From Cytophagaceae bacterium UBA6715 (GTDB taxonomy: Bacteria > Bacteroidota > Bacteroidia > Cytophagales > Spirosomataceae): a DNA stretch of 64,000 nucleotides. Both the position numbers and the translations under genes were made by a program. Of the stretch, positions 10,840 to 22,036 are shown piece by piece (the stretch's first letter is position 1; each line of letters begins with the position of its first letter). The DNA is taken from the NCBI GenBank assembly GCA_002454335.1, contig DKIP01000020.1, positions 22,101-86,100 of the forward strand, read 5' to 3'. A model generated the notes under the pieces. It was not told where the DNA came from. It did no database searches and saw only the letters and a list, made by a program, of their open reading frames with translations.

Positions 10840-10876
10840 AAAATTAAGGCGCAAAATTAGACATTTTACGCCTTAA
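10840..10876 (-). terminator. Intrinsic terminator of the aconitase gene that also contains a TAATTTTG promoter element for prs
   Basis: Minus strand TTAAGGCGTAAAAT-gtcta-ATTTTGCGCCTTAA-TTTT, 14-bp stem with one U.G pair. Confidence 0.65.
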
Positions 10877-10883
10877 GTCAAAT

Positions 10884-13148
10884 CTATTTTACGGATGCGC
10901 GAATAATGTTCAATGCACCTCCTGCTTTGAACCATTCAATTTGTTGTGCATTGTAGGTATGGTTCACAGCAAAACTGTCTTTTGTGCCATCTGCATGAAC
11001 CAATTCAATTGTCAAGGATTTCTCTGGTGCGAATGAACCTAAACCAACAATGTTGATTGTATCATTTTCTTGAATCTTATCATAATCTGCTTCATTCGCG
11101 AATGTTAATGCCAGCATACCTTGTTTTTTCAAGTTGGTTTCGTGAATACGTGCAAACGATTTAACCAATACTGCACGTACACCCAAGTGACGTGGTTCCA
11201 TTGCTGCATGCTCACGTGATGAACCTTCACCGTAGTTGGTATCCCCTACCACAATTGTGCCAATTCCCGCTGTTTTGTAAGCACGTTGCGTTGCCGGCAC
11301 AGGTCCATATTCACCCGTCAACTGATTTTTAACGTTGTCAGTTTTCTCATTGAAGAAGTTAACAGCACCGATCAACATGTTGTTCGAAATGTTATCCAAG
11401 TGACCACGGTATTTCAACCATGGACCTGCCATCGAGATATGATCTGTTGTACACTTTCCTTTTGCTTTGATCAATAATTTTAAGCCAGTCAAGTCTGAAC
11501 CTTCCCAGGCTGCAAATGGATCTAATAATTGTAAGCGATCTGAAGTTGGAGAAACTTTTACTTGAACACCTGAACCATCTTCGGCCGGAGCTTGGTATCC
11601 TGCATCTTCTGCGGCAAAGCCTTTTTGTGGTAATTCGTCCCCTGTAGGAGCATCCAATTTAACTTGTTCTCCTTTTTCGTTGGTCAATGTATCTGTTAAC
11701 GGATTGAATGTTAAGTCTCCCGCAATGGCTAAAGCAGTTACCATTTCTGGAGAAGCAACAAATGCAAATGTGTTTGGATTACCGTCCGCGCGTTTCGCAA
11801 AGTTTCTGTTGAATGAGTGAACAATAGTGTTCTTCTCTCCTTTTTCAGCTCCTGGACGTGCCCATTGACCAATACATGGTCCACATGCATTTGAGAATAC
11901 TGTTGCCCCAATCGTATTGAATGTATCGATAAATCCGTCACGCTCAATTGTATAACGAACTAATTCAGAACCGGGAGTAATGGTGAATTGCGCTTTGGTT
12001 TTTAATCCTTTGGCAGCAACTTGTTTTGCTAACGAAGCCGCGCGTGCAATATCTTCATAGGATGAGTTCGTACATGAACCAATCAAACCAACCTCCACTT
12101 TTGTAGGCCAACCGTTTTTCTCGGCTAATTCTTTCATTTTTGAAATTGGCGTTGCCAAATCCGGTGTGAAAGGACCATTTAAGTGTGGTTCTAATGTATC
12201 TAAATCGATTTCGATTACTTGATCAAAATATTTTTCTGGATTAGCGTAAACCTCAGGGTCTGCCGTTAAGTGCTCACGTACTTGATCTGCCATCGCAGCC
12301 ACATCTGCACGACCTGTAGATTGTAAGTAACGTGCCATAGAATCATCATAACCGAATGTTGATGTCGTTGCACCTATTTCCGCACCCATGTTACAGATGG
12401 TTCCTTTACCCGTACATGACATGGAAGTTGCTCCTTCACCGAAGTATTCAACCACACATCCTGTACCACCTTTTACTGTTAAAATACCAGCTACCTTTAA
12501 GATGACATCTTTGGGGGCAGTCCAGCCATTAAGTTTACCTGTTAATTTAACACCGATCAACTTAGGGAATTTCAATTCCCAAGCTAGGCCGGCCATAACA
12601 TCGCATGCATCAGCGCCACCTACTCCGATCGCAATCATACCTAATCCACCTGCATTAACTGTGTGTGAATCGGTACCAATCATCATCCCACCTGGGAATG
12701 CATAATTTTCCAATACAACTTGGTGAATAATACCAGCACCTGGTTTCCAGAAACCGATACCGTATTTATCAGAAACCGATGACAAGAAATCGTAAACCTC
12801 TTTATTTTTATCTACTGCAACCGCTAAGTCAGTCGTTGAAGCAACTTTTGCCTCAATTAAGTGGTCACAGTGTACCGTAGAAGGTACGGCTACTTGAGGG
12901 CGACCCGCTTGCATAAATTGCAACAAAGCCATTTGAGCCGTTGCATCTTGCATAGCTACGCGATCTGGTGCGAAATCTACATATGAATTTCCACGTGCGT
13001 AAGCAGTAGAAGGTGTTCCTTCCCATAAATGGCTGTAAAGGATTTTTTCAGTTAACGTAAGCGGTTTACCTGTTAAAGCGCGCGCAGCAGCGATTCGTGC
13101 TGGCATTCTTTCGTAAACAGCTTTGATCATTTCAATGTCAAAGGCCAT
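10884..13148 (-). CDS. Aconitate hydratase, mitochondrial-like Bacteroidota type
   Basis: [34 protein letters not shown] and [10 protein letters not shown] motifs. Start set at ATG 13148, downstream of a TAATTTTG element at 13179-13186. Confidence 0.95.
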   Translation of the reverse strand: MAFDIEMIKAVYERMPARIAAARALTGKPLTLTEKILYSHLWEGTPSTAYARGNSYVDFAPDRVAMQDATAQMALLQFMQAGRPQVAVPSTVHCDHLIEAKVASTTDLAVAVDKNKEVYDFLSSVSDKYGIGFWKPGAGIIHQVVLENYAFPGGMMIGTDSHTVNAGGLGMIAIGVGGADACDVMAGLAWELKFPKLIGVKLTGKLNGWTAPKDVILKVAGILTVKGGTGCVVEYFGEGATSMSCTGKGTICNMGAEIGATTSTFGYDDSMARYLQSTGRADVAAMADQVREHLTADPEVYANPEKYFDQVIEIDLDTLEPHLNGPFTPDLATPISKMKELAEKNGWPTKVEVGLIGSCTNSSYEDIARAASLAKQVAAKGLKTKAQFTITPGSELVRYTIERDGFIDTFNTIGATVFSNACGPCIGQWARPGAEKGEKNTIVHSFNRNFAKRADGNPNTFAFVASPEMVTALAIAGDLTFNPLTDTLTNEKGEQVKLDAPTGDELPQKGFAAEDAGYQAPAEDGSGVQVKVSPTSDRLQLLDPFAAWEGSDLTGLKLLIKAKGKCTTDHISMAGPWLKYRGHLDNISNNMLIGAVNFFNEKTDNVKNQLTGEYGPVPATQRAYKTAGIGTIVVGDTNYGEGSSREHAAMEPRHLGVRAVLVKSFARIHETNLKKQGMLALTFANEADYDKIQENDTINIVGLGSFAPEKSLTIELVHADGTKDSFAVNHTYNAQQIEWFKAGGALNIIRASVK

Positions 13149-13319
13149 GTTAATAATTTTTATATAAGAAATTGCTCGCAAAATTAATAGATTCGCTTGA
13201 AAATTGCCAATTTTGAAGGCTATGATTTCCTTTCAATTTTATTTTATTGAAATTTGGCAATCGTTTCCCTGTTAAATAATGTTTTTGGCTACTTTAATGG
13301 CCGATTAAGCCTATTCAAT

Positions 13320-15608
13320 TTGAAAATTTTTTATCGTTTGTTATCCATTTGCTTGTTTTGTTTACCGCATTTTTTGTGGGCACAAATGAATGATTTTCAG
13401 GCGGTTGTTGATTTAGCAATTGCGAAAGCTCCGAATCACGCGGCTCAAATAAGACACTTACAATTTGATGTCGAAATTGCTGAGAAGGGCCGCTTTGATC
13501 ATTTTCCTAACTTAGGAAAGCAGCGGCTTCAAAAATTAGAAGGTATCAAGATTGGTCAGTGGTACGGGAAGCAAACAAATTCTCATGTTTACATGGGAGC
13601 AATGAATCAAATGATTCATGAAATTCATTCAGTTAAAGGCAAACAAATTAGATACCCACGCCCTACCCTTTTTTTTTGGTCTGATTTCTATCAAGATTTT
13701 GTAGGTACTCAATGCGTTTCTCCCTTGAATTATCACGCAAGAGGTTTTTATCAATTTACGTTTAAGCAAACTTATTTTTTGCAGGGCCAAGCGGTTTACC
13801 AATTTGCCATAAGTCCTAGAATGAAAGCCGATCGTTTGTTTACAGGGATTATTACTTTAAGCCAGGAGGGTATGTTGGTGAGTTTTGATGGTAGCGTGGA
13901 ATCAGATGCGATTGATTATCGTATTCATATTCAAAATCAATATAAGTATGAGTCCTGGTTGCCCTTAGAAGCTAATTTTAACGTTCATGGTGGGGTTTTG
14001 GGAATTACTGGTGAATACGAGATTCAAGAGAAAGTAAAAGGTGATATTCAATTTTGGCAACCTAGTGTACAAGATTTTGTAAAACCAGCAGAAATTAAGG
14101 AAGTACTTAATATTTCTGACCGTGCATTTGACGAAACTTTCGCTAGCCAATTATTAGCAAATTTTCATCAGGGTTTGATCCGTAAATGGAAACTAAGACC
14201 ACAATCTGCACTCACAACTGTCGATTCAGTGAAAATTGTACCTATAGAAGTTGTACAACCTACAAGTTCGACATTTTTCCCTGCTCCAATTGACTCATCA
14301 AGTATAGCTTATTTCGATACATTACGGAGAGGTCCTTTTCGCATCGACCAATTGATTTTCAGTAAGTCATTTTATTTTGGGAAACGAAAGCGTGATTATT
14401 ATCCATTTGAAATCTACTATAAATCACCTGTCTTCGATGCTAATTTTAATACGGTTGAAGGCTTTGTTGTTAACTCTGCTTTAGTGTTTAGGAAGCGCTG
14501 GGAACGATATCGGATGTTGGAAACAGAGGTTTTAGGCCGACGATCCTTTGGTTTGAATCGGAATTCAGGATATTTAAAATTGCGGTACAAAACAGAAACA
14601 ATTGATTTATCAGCTTCACATGGGGATTTTGTAGCGCAGTTCAATCCCGACAATACGATTTCGCCTGAAATGAATTCGCTTTCCACATTGTTATTAAAAA
14701 ACAATCAAATGAAGATTTATCGGAAGCAATATTGGAATGTTTCATTGCTCAAACGCTTTTCTTCACGTCTATTCATTAAAGGTATCGTAGAATCTGCTTA
14801 CAGATCCCAAATGGATAATTCTTCGGGGTATTATTGGATTAACTATTTGAATCGGACGTTTAGTAGTAATAATCCCACAAACGTAGAAAATCTAAATGAG
14901 GGTTTTGAGAGTAATCATTCCTTGATTACCCAGTTTTCAATAGGATTAAGGCCTTTTTTGACTCAGTCATACCTGAACTCAACCCGCCAAAGCGATTGGG
15001 GATCTTCACCCTTAATTCAGGTTAAATATCGAGCCGGCTGGCCTAAGGTTTTTGGTTCAAAGGTTAATTTTCAAATGCTTGAATTCTCGTACGTGCAAAA
15101 TTTAGCTCTATCTCCATGGGCGAAATCAGGTTTTGTGTTAAATGCGGGTACATTTTTTGGTCATTCACCTGAATATTTTTTAGACTATAAACACTTCAAC
15201 GGTGGACTTAATCTTATTCATACAGGTGATATGTTGGCATCACATCGCCTGATTGGTTATTATCAAAATTTTACATCGGGGGCCAATCAACGCTTGAATG
15301 TAAATCACTATGCGTATAGTACGTCAGGAAATTACATAGAAGCTCTTTCACAATTTCAATTTTCGAATTTGTGGCTGAAACCTTTATTAGGAACTAAGAA
15401 GGCATACGTGAAAGAACTGTTAATTGCGAATGCTGTTTATTTACCGAAGCAAAATTTGTTTTATCAGGAATTAGGATATGGTTTGGATGGAGTAATTAAG
15501 GTCTTACGTTTAGAGGCAATAGCTAATTTCTCAAATGGATCTTTTAATTACATTGGATTCCGAGTTAACATTAATTCAAGAATCCGAATTGGTAATATTC
15601 CTGAATAG
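13320..15608 (+). CDS. DUF5686-like outer-membrane protein lacking the CarboxypepD_reg domain
   Basis: Signal peptide after the probable TTG at 13320; 'VSPL...FYQF', 'FNTVEGF' and 'DYKHFNGG' motifs resemble those of 4313..6892. Start is uncertain (13254-13320). Confidence 0.65.
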   Translation: MKIFYRLLSICLFCLPHFLWAQMNDFQAVVDLAIAKAPNHAAQIRHLQFDVEIAEKGRFDHFPNLGKQRLQKLEGIKIGQWYGKQTNSHVYMGAMNQMIHEIHSVKGKQIRYPRPTLFFWSDFYQDFVGTQCVSPLNYHARGFYQFTFKQTYFLQGQAVYQFAISPRMKADRLFTGIITLSQEGMLVSFDGSVESDAIDYRIHIQNQYKYESWLPLEANFNVHGGVLGITGEYEIQEKVKGDIQFWQPSVQDFVKPAEIKEVLNISDRAFDETFASQLLANFHQGLIRKWKLRPQSALTTVDSVKIVPIEVVQPTSSTFFPAPIDSSSIAYFDTLRRGPFRIDQLIFSKSFYFGKRKRDYYPFEIYYKSPVFDANFNTVEGFVVNSALVFRKRWERYRMLETEVLGRRSFGLNRNSGYLKLRYKTETIDLSASHGDFVAQFNPDNTISPEMNSLSTLLLKNNQMKIYRKQYWNVSLLKRFSSRLFIKGIVESAYRSQMDNSSGYYWINYLNRTFSSNNPTNVENLNEGFESNHSLITQFSIGLRPFLTQSYLNSTRQSDWGSSPLIQVKYRAGWPKVFGSKVNFQMLEFSYVQNLALSPWAKSGFVLNAGTFFGHSPEYFLDYKHFNGGLNLIHTGDMLASHRLIGYYQNFTSGANQRLNVNHYAYSTSGNYIEALSQFQFSNLWLKPLLGTKKAYVKELLIANAVYLPKQNLFYQELGYGLDGVIKVLRLEAIANFSNGSFNYIGFRVNINSRIRIGNIPE

Positions 15609-15672
15609 TATGATTTTTTAGATTTTTTTTGGTGCTTTCGCAGTAATTGTAAACAAATACATTTTAAGCACC

Positions 15673-15680
15673 TATATTTG
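15673..15680 (+). promoter_or_regulatory. TAnnTTTG -7 element for topA-folD
   Basis: TATATTTG 37 nt upstream of the topA ATG. Confidence 0.6.
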
Positions 15681-15717
15681 AGGTCATTTCGAAAATTTAA
15701 CCTGAAACATTTATCTG

Positions 15718-18210
15718 ATGGCAAAAAATTTGGTCATAGTTGAGTCCCCCGCAAAAGCAAAAACGATAGAAGGTTATTTGGGCAAGGATTTTATTGTAAA
15801 ATCTTCTTTCGGTCATGTACGGGATTTACCTACCAAAGGTGATAAGGTTATCGACGTAGAAAATGATTTTACTCCCACCTACGTTGTTTCTTCAGACAAA
15901 ACTCAAGTTATTTCAGAACTGAAGAAATTGGCGAAATCCTGTGAAGAAGTCTGGTTAGCAACTGACGACGACCGTGAGGGAGAGGCGATTTCTTGGCATT
16001 TGAAAGAGGCCTTAAATTTAAAGGAAAATACGAAGCGAATTGTATTTCGTGAGATTACGAAATCGGCCATTTTAAAGGCGATTGAGCAGCCACGTGCGAT
16101 TGATATGGATTTGGTGAATGCGCAACAAGCCCGTCGAATCATGGATCGTTTGATCGGATTTGAGCTTTCTCCAGTTCTTTGGTCTAAAGTTCAAAAAGGT
16201 TTATCTGCTGGTCGTGTACAATCTGTTGCGGTTCGCTTAATTGTAGAACGTGAGCGAGAAATTGAGCATCATGCTAGCATCGCTACTTTCAAGGTTAGTG
16301 CGTTATTTGATCTTCCAGGTAAAAAAGTATTGAAAGCTGAATTGGCTAAGAATTTTGCCAAAGAAGGTGATGCTTTGGAATTTTTGAAAAAATGTGTGGG
16401 TGCTACGTTTTCAATTAAAAGTTTAGAAACAAAGCCAGCCAAAAAGACGCCAGCGCCGCCGTTTACGACATCTACACTCCAACAAGAAGCTTCTCGAAAG
16501 TTAGGTTATGCTGTAGCTACGACCATGTCCATTGCACAGAAATTGTATGAATCTGGCCGTATTTCCTACATGCGTACCGATTCAACCATGCTTTCACAAG
16601 AAGCGCGTGACAAGGCCCAAGCGGCGATTGAATCGAATTACGGGGAAAAATTTCATCATGCTCGTCAGTTTAAAACAAAATCTGATAGTGCACAAGAGGC
16701 CCACGAAGCCATCCGTCCAACAGATTTTGGTATGTCTACCCTATCTGGTGATTCTCGTGAACGTAAATTATATGAATTAATTTGGAAACGTTCCATCGCA
16801 TCACAGATGTCGGATGCCTTGCTTGAAAGAACAACGGCGCAAATTGAGATTTCCACGACGACTGAAGTTTTAGTGGCCCAAGGTGAGGTTATTGCTTTCG
16901 AAGGATTCTTGAAAGCTTATTTAGAAGGAAAGGACGACGAAGAGGAAGATGAAAACAAAGATATGTTACCTCCTTTGGCAGTTGGCCAAGTCTTACAATT
17001 AGATGAATTAAAAGCTCAGGAGCGTTTTTCACGTCCTGCCCCGCGTTATACAGAAGCTAGTCTAGTAAAGGCTTTGGAAGAAAAGGGTATCGGTCGACCA
17101 TCAACCTATGCACCTACCATTTCTACAATTATCAAACGTGCCTATGTAGAAAAAGAAGATCGTGCTGGTAAGGAAAGAACGTACCAAACATGGACTCTGA
17201 AAGACGATGAAATTGCAGGAGTAAAAGCTACTGAAATCGTAGGAGCAGAGAAATCGAAATTATTCCCAACTCACATTGGTACTTTAGTTACAGATTTCCT
17301 TGTGGAGAATTTTCAAGATGTGGTCGATTATACATTTACCGCTGAAATGGAAAATGAATTTGACTACATAGCACAAGGAAAATTGCCTTGGGTAAAGTTA
17401 ATGAAAGACTTTTACGGTTCCTTCCACAAAACCATCGAAGATAGCAAAGGAATTGCGCGCAGTTCTGTTGGTGGTGGACGTGAACTAGGAGTTGATCCCG
17501 AGACAGGCAAGAAAATATCTGTTCGTTTAGGGAAGTTTGGACCTTTTGTACAGTTGGGGGAATCAGGAGAAGAGGATAAACCAGTCTTTGCCAATTTAGG
17601 AAAGAATCAATCAATTGCAACATTGAGTTTAGAAGATGCAATCGCTTTACTAGCTCGTCCTAAACTACCGCGTGAGATTGGTATTTTAGATGATAAACCC
17701 GTGATCATTGGAGCAGGGAAATTGGGCCCATATATAAAATACGATGGTAAATTTACCAGTTTGCCTGAGCCAAATGATCCATTCACGATCGAATTAGACC
17801 AAGCCGTTTTAGTGATGCAAGCAGCTCAAAAAGCAGCCGAATCAGCAGGTTTAGGTTATTTTGAAGATCAATTAATTGAAACAGGGAAAGGCCGCTTTGG
17901 TCCCTATGTGAAGCACAATGGAAAATATATCTCATTGGGTAAGACGGATAATATAGCTACTCTAACGCAAGAGCGAGCCATTGAGCTCATTTTAGCAAAA
18001 CGAAACTCAGAAGCAAACAAAATAATTAAGGAGTTTCCTGATAATGCAGCGATAAAGGTCGTAAATGGTATGTATGGTCCGTATATTCAAATTGGAAAAC
18101 GTAATATAAAGATTCCTAAGGACCAAGATCCATCGAGTTTAACATTGGAGGATTGCATTGCTTTAGGCGATGCAGCTCCAGCTCCCAAAAAGACAACAAG
18201 AAAAAAATAA
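15718..18210 (+). CDS. topA: DNA topoisomerase I (type IA) with C-terminal Topo_C repeats
   Basis: IVESPAKAK, ATDDDREGE, SAGRVQS, ISYMRTDS (catalytic Tyr) and four G(K/R/M)xGP(F/Y) repeats. Confidence 0.97.
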   Translation: MAKNLVIVESPAKAKTIEGYLGKDFIVKSSFGHVRDLPTKGDKVIDVENDFTPTYVVSSDKTQVISELKKLAKSCEEVWLATDDDREGEAISWHLKEALNLKENTKRIVFREITKSAILKAIEQPRAIDMDLVNAQQARRIMDRLIGFELSPVLWSKVQKGLSAGRVQSVAVRLIVEREREIEHHASIATFKVSALFDLPGKKVLKAELAKNFAKEGDALEFLKKCVGATFSIKSLETKPAKKTPAPPFTTSTLQQEASRKLGYAVATTMSIAQKLYESGRISYMRTDSTMLSQEARDKAQAAIESNYGEKFHHARQFKTKSDSAQEAHEAIRPTDFGMSTLSGDSRERKLYELIWKRSIASQMSDALLERTTAQIEISTTTEVLVAQGEVIAFEGFLKAYLEGKDDEEEDENKDMLPPLAVGQVLQLDELKAQERFSRPAPRYTEASLVKALEEKGIGRPSTYAPTISTIIKRAYVEKEDRAGKERTYQTWTLKDDEIAGVKATEIVGAEKSKLFPTHIGTLVTDFLVENFQDVVDYTFTAEMENEFDYIAQGKLPWVKLMKDFYGSFHKTIEDSKGIARSSVGGGRELGVDPETGKKISVRLGKFGPFVQLGESGEEDKPVFANLGKNQSIATLSLEDAIALLARPKLPREIGILDDKPVIIGAGKLGPYIKYDGKFTSLPEPNDPFTIELDQAVLVMQAAQKAAESAGLGYFEDQLIETGKGRFGPYVKHNGKYISLGKTDNIATLTQERAIELILAKRNSEANKIIKEFPDNAAIKVVNGMYGPYIQIGKRNIKIPKDQDPSSLTLEDCIALGDAAPAPKKTTRKK

Positions 18211-18213
18211 AAT

Positions 18214-19104
18214 ATGAGTCAGATTATTGATGGAAAAATGGTCGCTGAATCCATGAAAGCGTCTATTGCAAAAGAGGTTCAAGAATTAGTTGCTTCAGGT
18301 AAGCGTGCTCCCCATTTAGTTGCTATTCTTGTAGGTAATAATGGAGCATCTGAGACCTATGTGGCAAACAAAGTGAAATCTTGTGAAGAATTAGGATTTT
18401 CATCTACCCTTTTGCGTTTTGATCCATCCGTTAGCGAGGCTGAATTGTTGCAGGCTGTTATTAATGTGAATAACAATCCTGATATGGATGGTTTAATCGT
18501 ACAATTACCACTTCCTAATCACATCAATCCTGATCGTGTGATGGAAACAATTCATCCCTCAAAAGATGTGGACGGTTTCCACCCAATCAATATCGGTCGG
18601 ATGGCCAAAGGTTTACCTGCTTATATCTCGGCTACCCCACAAGGTGTCTTAGATTTATTGGCATACTACAAGATTGAAACGGCAGGCAAGCATTGTGTGG
18701 TGGTAGGTCGAAGTCAAATTGTAGGTTTGCCCATGTCCATTTTAATGCAACGAAATCATCCACAAGGCAACTGTACAGTTACGTTGACGCATTCGAGGAC
18801 ACCAAATTTGGTGGAAATGTGCCAGCAAGCCGATATTATTGTTGCGGCATTGGGAAAGCCGGAATTTATCACCGAAGCACACGTAAAACCTGGCGCTGTG
18901 GTAATTGACGTGGGTTTGACGCGCGTAGAAGATGCGAGCAAAAAATCAGGCTTCGCGTTAAAAGGTGATGTTGATTATGATTCCGTATTCCCAGTCTGTT
19001 CCTACATAACTCCTGTTCCTAAGGGCGTAGGACCTATGACGATTGTTTCCTTGATGAAAAACACCCTTTTGGCTGCCAAAGGAGTTATTTATCCAAAGAA
19101 CTAA
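18214..19104 (+). CDS. folD: Bifunctional methylenetetrahydrofolate dehydrogenase/cyclohydrolase
   Basis: YVANK, IVQLPLP, KDVDGFH, GRSQIVG and [11 protein letters not shown] motifs. Confidence 0.96.
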   Translation: MSQIIDGKMVAESMKASIAKEVQELVASGKRAPHLVAILVGNNGASETYVANKVKSCEELGFSSTLLRFDPSVSEAELLQAVINVNNNPDMDGLIVQLPLPNHINPDRVMETIHPSKDVDGFHPINIGRMAKGLPAYISATPQGVLDLLAYYKIETAGKHCVVVGRSQIVGLPMSILMQRNHPQGNCTVTLTHSRTPNLVEMCQQADIIVAALGKPEFITEAHVKPGAVVIDVGLTRVEDASKKSGFALKGDVDYDSVFPVCSYITPVPKGVGPMTIVSLMKNTLLAAKGVIYPKN

Positions 19105-20009
19105 GCCTTATATAAATAACGATGGAAAACTCCCAATGGGAGTTTTTTGTCGTATTGGTCATTTAGGTACAATTCACCGGATTCTGCCGTTTCTGGCACA
19201 TGGAAAATTCCATTCACTAAATTCTCTACGACTAAGGTGGAAAATCCTAATGAATAGATGTTAGTCAATAAAATATGTTCCTTCGGATCTAGTATTTCTT
19301 TCACTGAGCGCAACATATCGTCTATCTGTTCTTCCAGAACCCATTTTTCTCCGTCTGGTCCTCGACCATAAGCTGGAGGATCTAGCAAAATACCTTGGTA
19401 GAAATTACCTCTTCGCGCCTCGCGTTTCACAAATTTTAGCGCATCTTCAGCCATCCATCGGATCGAATCCAATTGCGACACTTCCATATTTTCGCGCGCC
19501 CAAGATAACACGGGTTTTACTGAGTCTACGTGCGTGACATCGGCACCCATTTGTCTGCAAACTAAACTTGCCCCACCCGTGTAAGCAAATAGGTTTAAAA
19601 TTTTAGGTTTCGAATTACTTAGTAAGGGTATGTTTTTAGCTAAAAACTCCCAATTAGATGCTTGTTCTGGAAATAAGCCTACGTGTTTAAACGAAGAAAG
19701 GCTGATTTTTAATTTCAAATCTATATGTTCCGACTGATACGGAATAAACCATTTATCGGGTACCCCTTTTTTAATCTCCCAAACGCCACGCTCCGTGCTT
19801 CCCTTTTCTTTTTTAAAGTGAGCGTTCGCTTTGAGTGTCCAAAACTCTTCTGAAAGTGATTTAGACCACAAAGCCTGAGGTTCAGGTCTGCGAACAACAT
19901 ATTCACCAAACTGCTCCAATTTTTCGAATCCGCCCGAGTCGATTAATTCATAGCTTTTCCCCCATTTTTGGGGCGTTTCGATGGCGATAGATTGGTGAAT
20001 TGTTGACAT
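19101..20009 (-). CDS. Class I SAM-dependent methyltransferase, RlmI/RlmK-like catalytic domain without an obvious PUA domain
   Basis: [17 protein letters not shown] and LDPPAYG motifs. Confidence 0.82.
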   Translation of the reverse strand: MSTIHQSIAIETPQKWGKSYELIDSGGFEKLEQFGEYVVRRPEPQALWSKSLSEEFWTLKANAHFKKEKGSTERGVWEIKKGVPDKWFIPYQSEHIDLKLKISLSSFKHVGLFPEQASNWEFLAKNIPLLSNSKPKILNLFAYTGGASLVCRQMGADVTHVDSVKPVLSWARENMEVSQLDSIRWMAEDALKFVKREARRGNFYQGILLDPPAYGRGPDGEKWVLEEQIDDMLRSVKEILDPKEHILLTNIYSLGFSTLVVENLVNGIFHVPETAESGELYLNDQYDKKLPLGVFHRYLYKA

Positions 20010-21628
20010 TAAGGATTAAATTGAATTTTATTTAAATAGAAAACACTACGTTTTCCTTCGGTTTGATTAACAATATTTTGTGAGCCATGGGCTAAAAAGT
20101 ATGTGTCATACCAATATGTTAGATCTGAATCTGTTGATTTTTTAACATGGTCACCTGCCACATGGGTTTCAATTGCCATGGTATTGTCTTCCTCTTTCGT
20201 TCCTTGTTCACTTATAATTTTGGTAACGATTTGGTTTTCTCGACTATAACTCAAAATGATTTGATCTTTCTGAACTGATGTTTTGATTTTTTTTATGAGC
20301 TTAGGTTCCTTCATATCTTGAAGAGAAACACAATGATCCCATAGTAATTTACCATTTGCATCTAGTTCTGCGACCACTGCATGTGTATAAACCCAGCCGT
20401 CAAATTGCTGTTGGTTTCCATAATAATTATATCCTCGATAGCCCCAAGGACTGTAATAGCTTGAGAATGGCGAATATAACCCATAATTTCCATAACCCCA
20501 TCTGTAAGGGTTGTACATCATACTCCATGGCGAGTAAAATCCTCCCAAGGTTGTCATACCAGGAAAGAATCCGCCCCCGTAGGGCCCAAAGTTTGCATAT
20601 TTGTAATCTGGGTAAAAAGCTTCTGCGACGATAATATAATGATCCCCTTTTCTGATAATATCGTGCATTAATAATCGATAATCCAAGCGCAAGTCTTCTC
20701 CCTTTTCTTCTTTATCCTTAATTTTTTTGGTTTGTCTCTCTAATTGTTTTGGGCTTAAAAAATTGAAGAAATTGTTGAATTTTGTAAAACTTGTAAAACT
20801 CGAATTAATTAATTCTCCATCCAAAAATGACTGAAAATAGAGCCCCTGTGAACTTGGTCCCTTGGAGGAGCCGATTGTGTTTTTATGTCCATAGGTACCA
20901 ACCACAACTTGTAAGGAATCATTGATTTGTGCCGATTTAGCATTCATCATGGCATAATCATCATTGGGTTTCATCAAAATTTGACTGACTTGATTTCCGT
21001 CCTCATCAAATGATTTGAGCACAAGCTGGTAATCTTTTGCCTTTTTGCCTATCGAATAGGTGACATTGATTTGCTGGTAAACTGTATCTAAGTCCATCGA
21101 TTGAATTTCAGCTTGACCCTTTACAATTGCAGGGAGAATTCGAGTCTTTTTTTCGAGAAGATTCGTAAATAGTATGACAGGTTGTGAATTGACCATACCA
21201 GCAATAAATAAAGAAGCGTTTATGGCTTTGAAATTAGATATCTCAATTCGGTCAACGGAGATGATTTGGTATTTTTCAATCTTTCCTTTTTCCGTATTAA
21301 TGCGAAAAATGACATAGGAATTGCTCTTAAACCGACTAAAGAGTAAATAGAGATCATCTCCATCAAAACTATGTGTTACGTAATCTTGATTGGAATCAAT
21401 ATTTGAATTGATTGACCACTCTTGTTCTAGATTGGTAGAAAATTTTCGAAGGTTAAAGGCTTGTTTATTTAATTGGCTAAGTAGAATAACACCTTTATTT
21501 CCAATTGGAATGGTAAATGTTTCCACTTGATTTGATTCTTGCGGGAATTCGACGCGTTTATTGGTTTGAGCATTTCCTTCAAAAATGATCAAGAAAACTG
21601 CGACAAGAATCAAAAAGGCCTTTTTCAT
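20009..21628 (-). CDS. Secreted hypothetical protein (probable beta-propeller) with Gly/Tyr-rich insert
   Basis: Signal peptide (GNA-Q), beta-strand-rich repeats, internal low-complexity G/Y/P segment. Confidence 0.6.
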   Translation of the reverse strand: MKKAFLILVAVFLIIFEGNAQTNKRVEFPQESNQVETFTIPIGNKGVILLSQLNKQAFNLRKFSTNLEQEWSINSNIDSNQDYVTHSFDGDDLYLLFSRFKSNSYVIFRINTEKGKIEKYQIISVDRIEISNFKAINASLFIAGMVNSQPVILFTNLLEKKTRILPAIVKGQAEIQSMDLDTVYQQINVTYSIGKKAKDYQLVLKSFDEDGNQVSQILMKPNDDYAMMNAKSAQINDSLQVVVGTYGHKNTIGSSKGPSSQGLYFQSFLDGELINSSFTSFTKFNNFFNFLSPKQLERQTKKIKDKEEKGEDLRLDYRLLMHDIIRKGDHYIIVAEAFYPDYKYANFGPYGGGFFPGMTTLGGFYSPWSMMYNPYRWGYGNYGLYSPFSSYYSPWGYRGYNYYGNQQQFDGWVYTHAVVAELDANGKLLWDHCVSLQDMKEPKLIKKIKTSVQKDQIILSYSRENQIVTKIISEQGTKEEDNTMAIETHVAGDHVKKSTDSDLTYWYDTYFLAHGSQNIVNQTEGKRSVFYLNKIQFNP

Positions 21629-21629
21629 A

Positions 21630-22034
21630 TTATTCAGTTAAACTTAGAATGATGTCGAACTCTGCTTTTTGAACGGGTGTTACGGATAAGCGTGATTGTT
21701 TAATTAACGCTAGCGAACTAAGTCTTTCGTCGGCCTTCATCGATTTCAATGTGACCGTCTTATTAAATTTCTTTACCGGAACCAATTCTACGACAACCCA
21801 TCTAGGATCCTCGGTGGTAGGATCTTGGTAAAATTCTTTGCTTACTTCAGCTAAACCCACTACTTCCATGCCTTCGTTTGAGTGGTAAAAAAACACCCAA
21901 TCACCTTTTTGCATGGCTTTCAAATTATTCCGCGCTTGGTAGTTGCGTACTCCATCCCAAACAGATTTCCCTTCTTTAACGAAATCATCCCAAGAATATT
22001 TGAACGGTTCCGATTTTACAAGCCAATAATTCAT
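21630..22034 (-). CDS. EVE domain protein
   Basis: YWLVKSEP, WDGVRNYQARN, FFYHS and SRLSV motifs. Confidence 0.93.
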   Translation of the reverse strand: MNYWLVKSEPFKYSWDDFVKEGKSVWDGVRNYQARNNLKAMQKGDWVFFYHSNEGMEVVGLAEVSKEFYQDPTTEDPRWVVVELVPVKKFNKTVTLKSMKADERLSSLALIKQSRLSVTPVQKAEFDIILSLTE

Positions 22035-22036
22035 AC

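Noticed and set aside
10884-13148. Mitochondrial-like aconitase as a eukaryote-to-bacterium transfer
   Set aside because: This aconitase type is the known norm in many Bacteroidota, so it is not novel.
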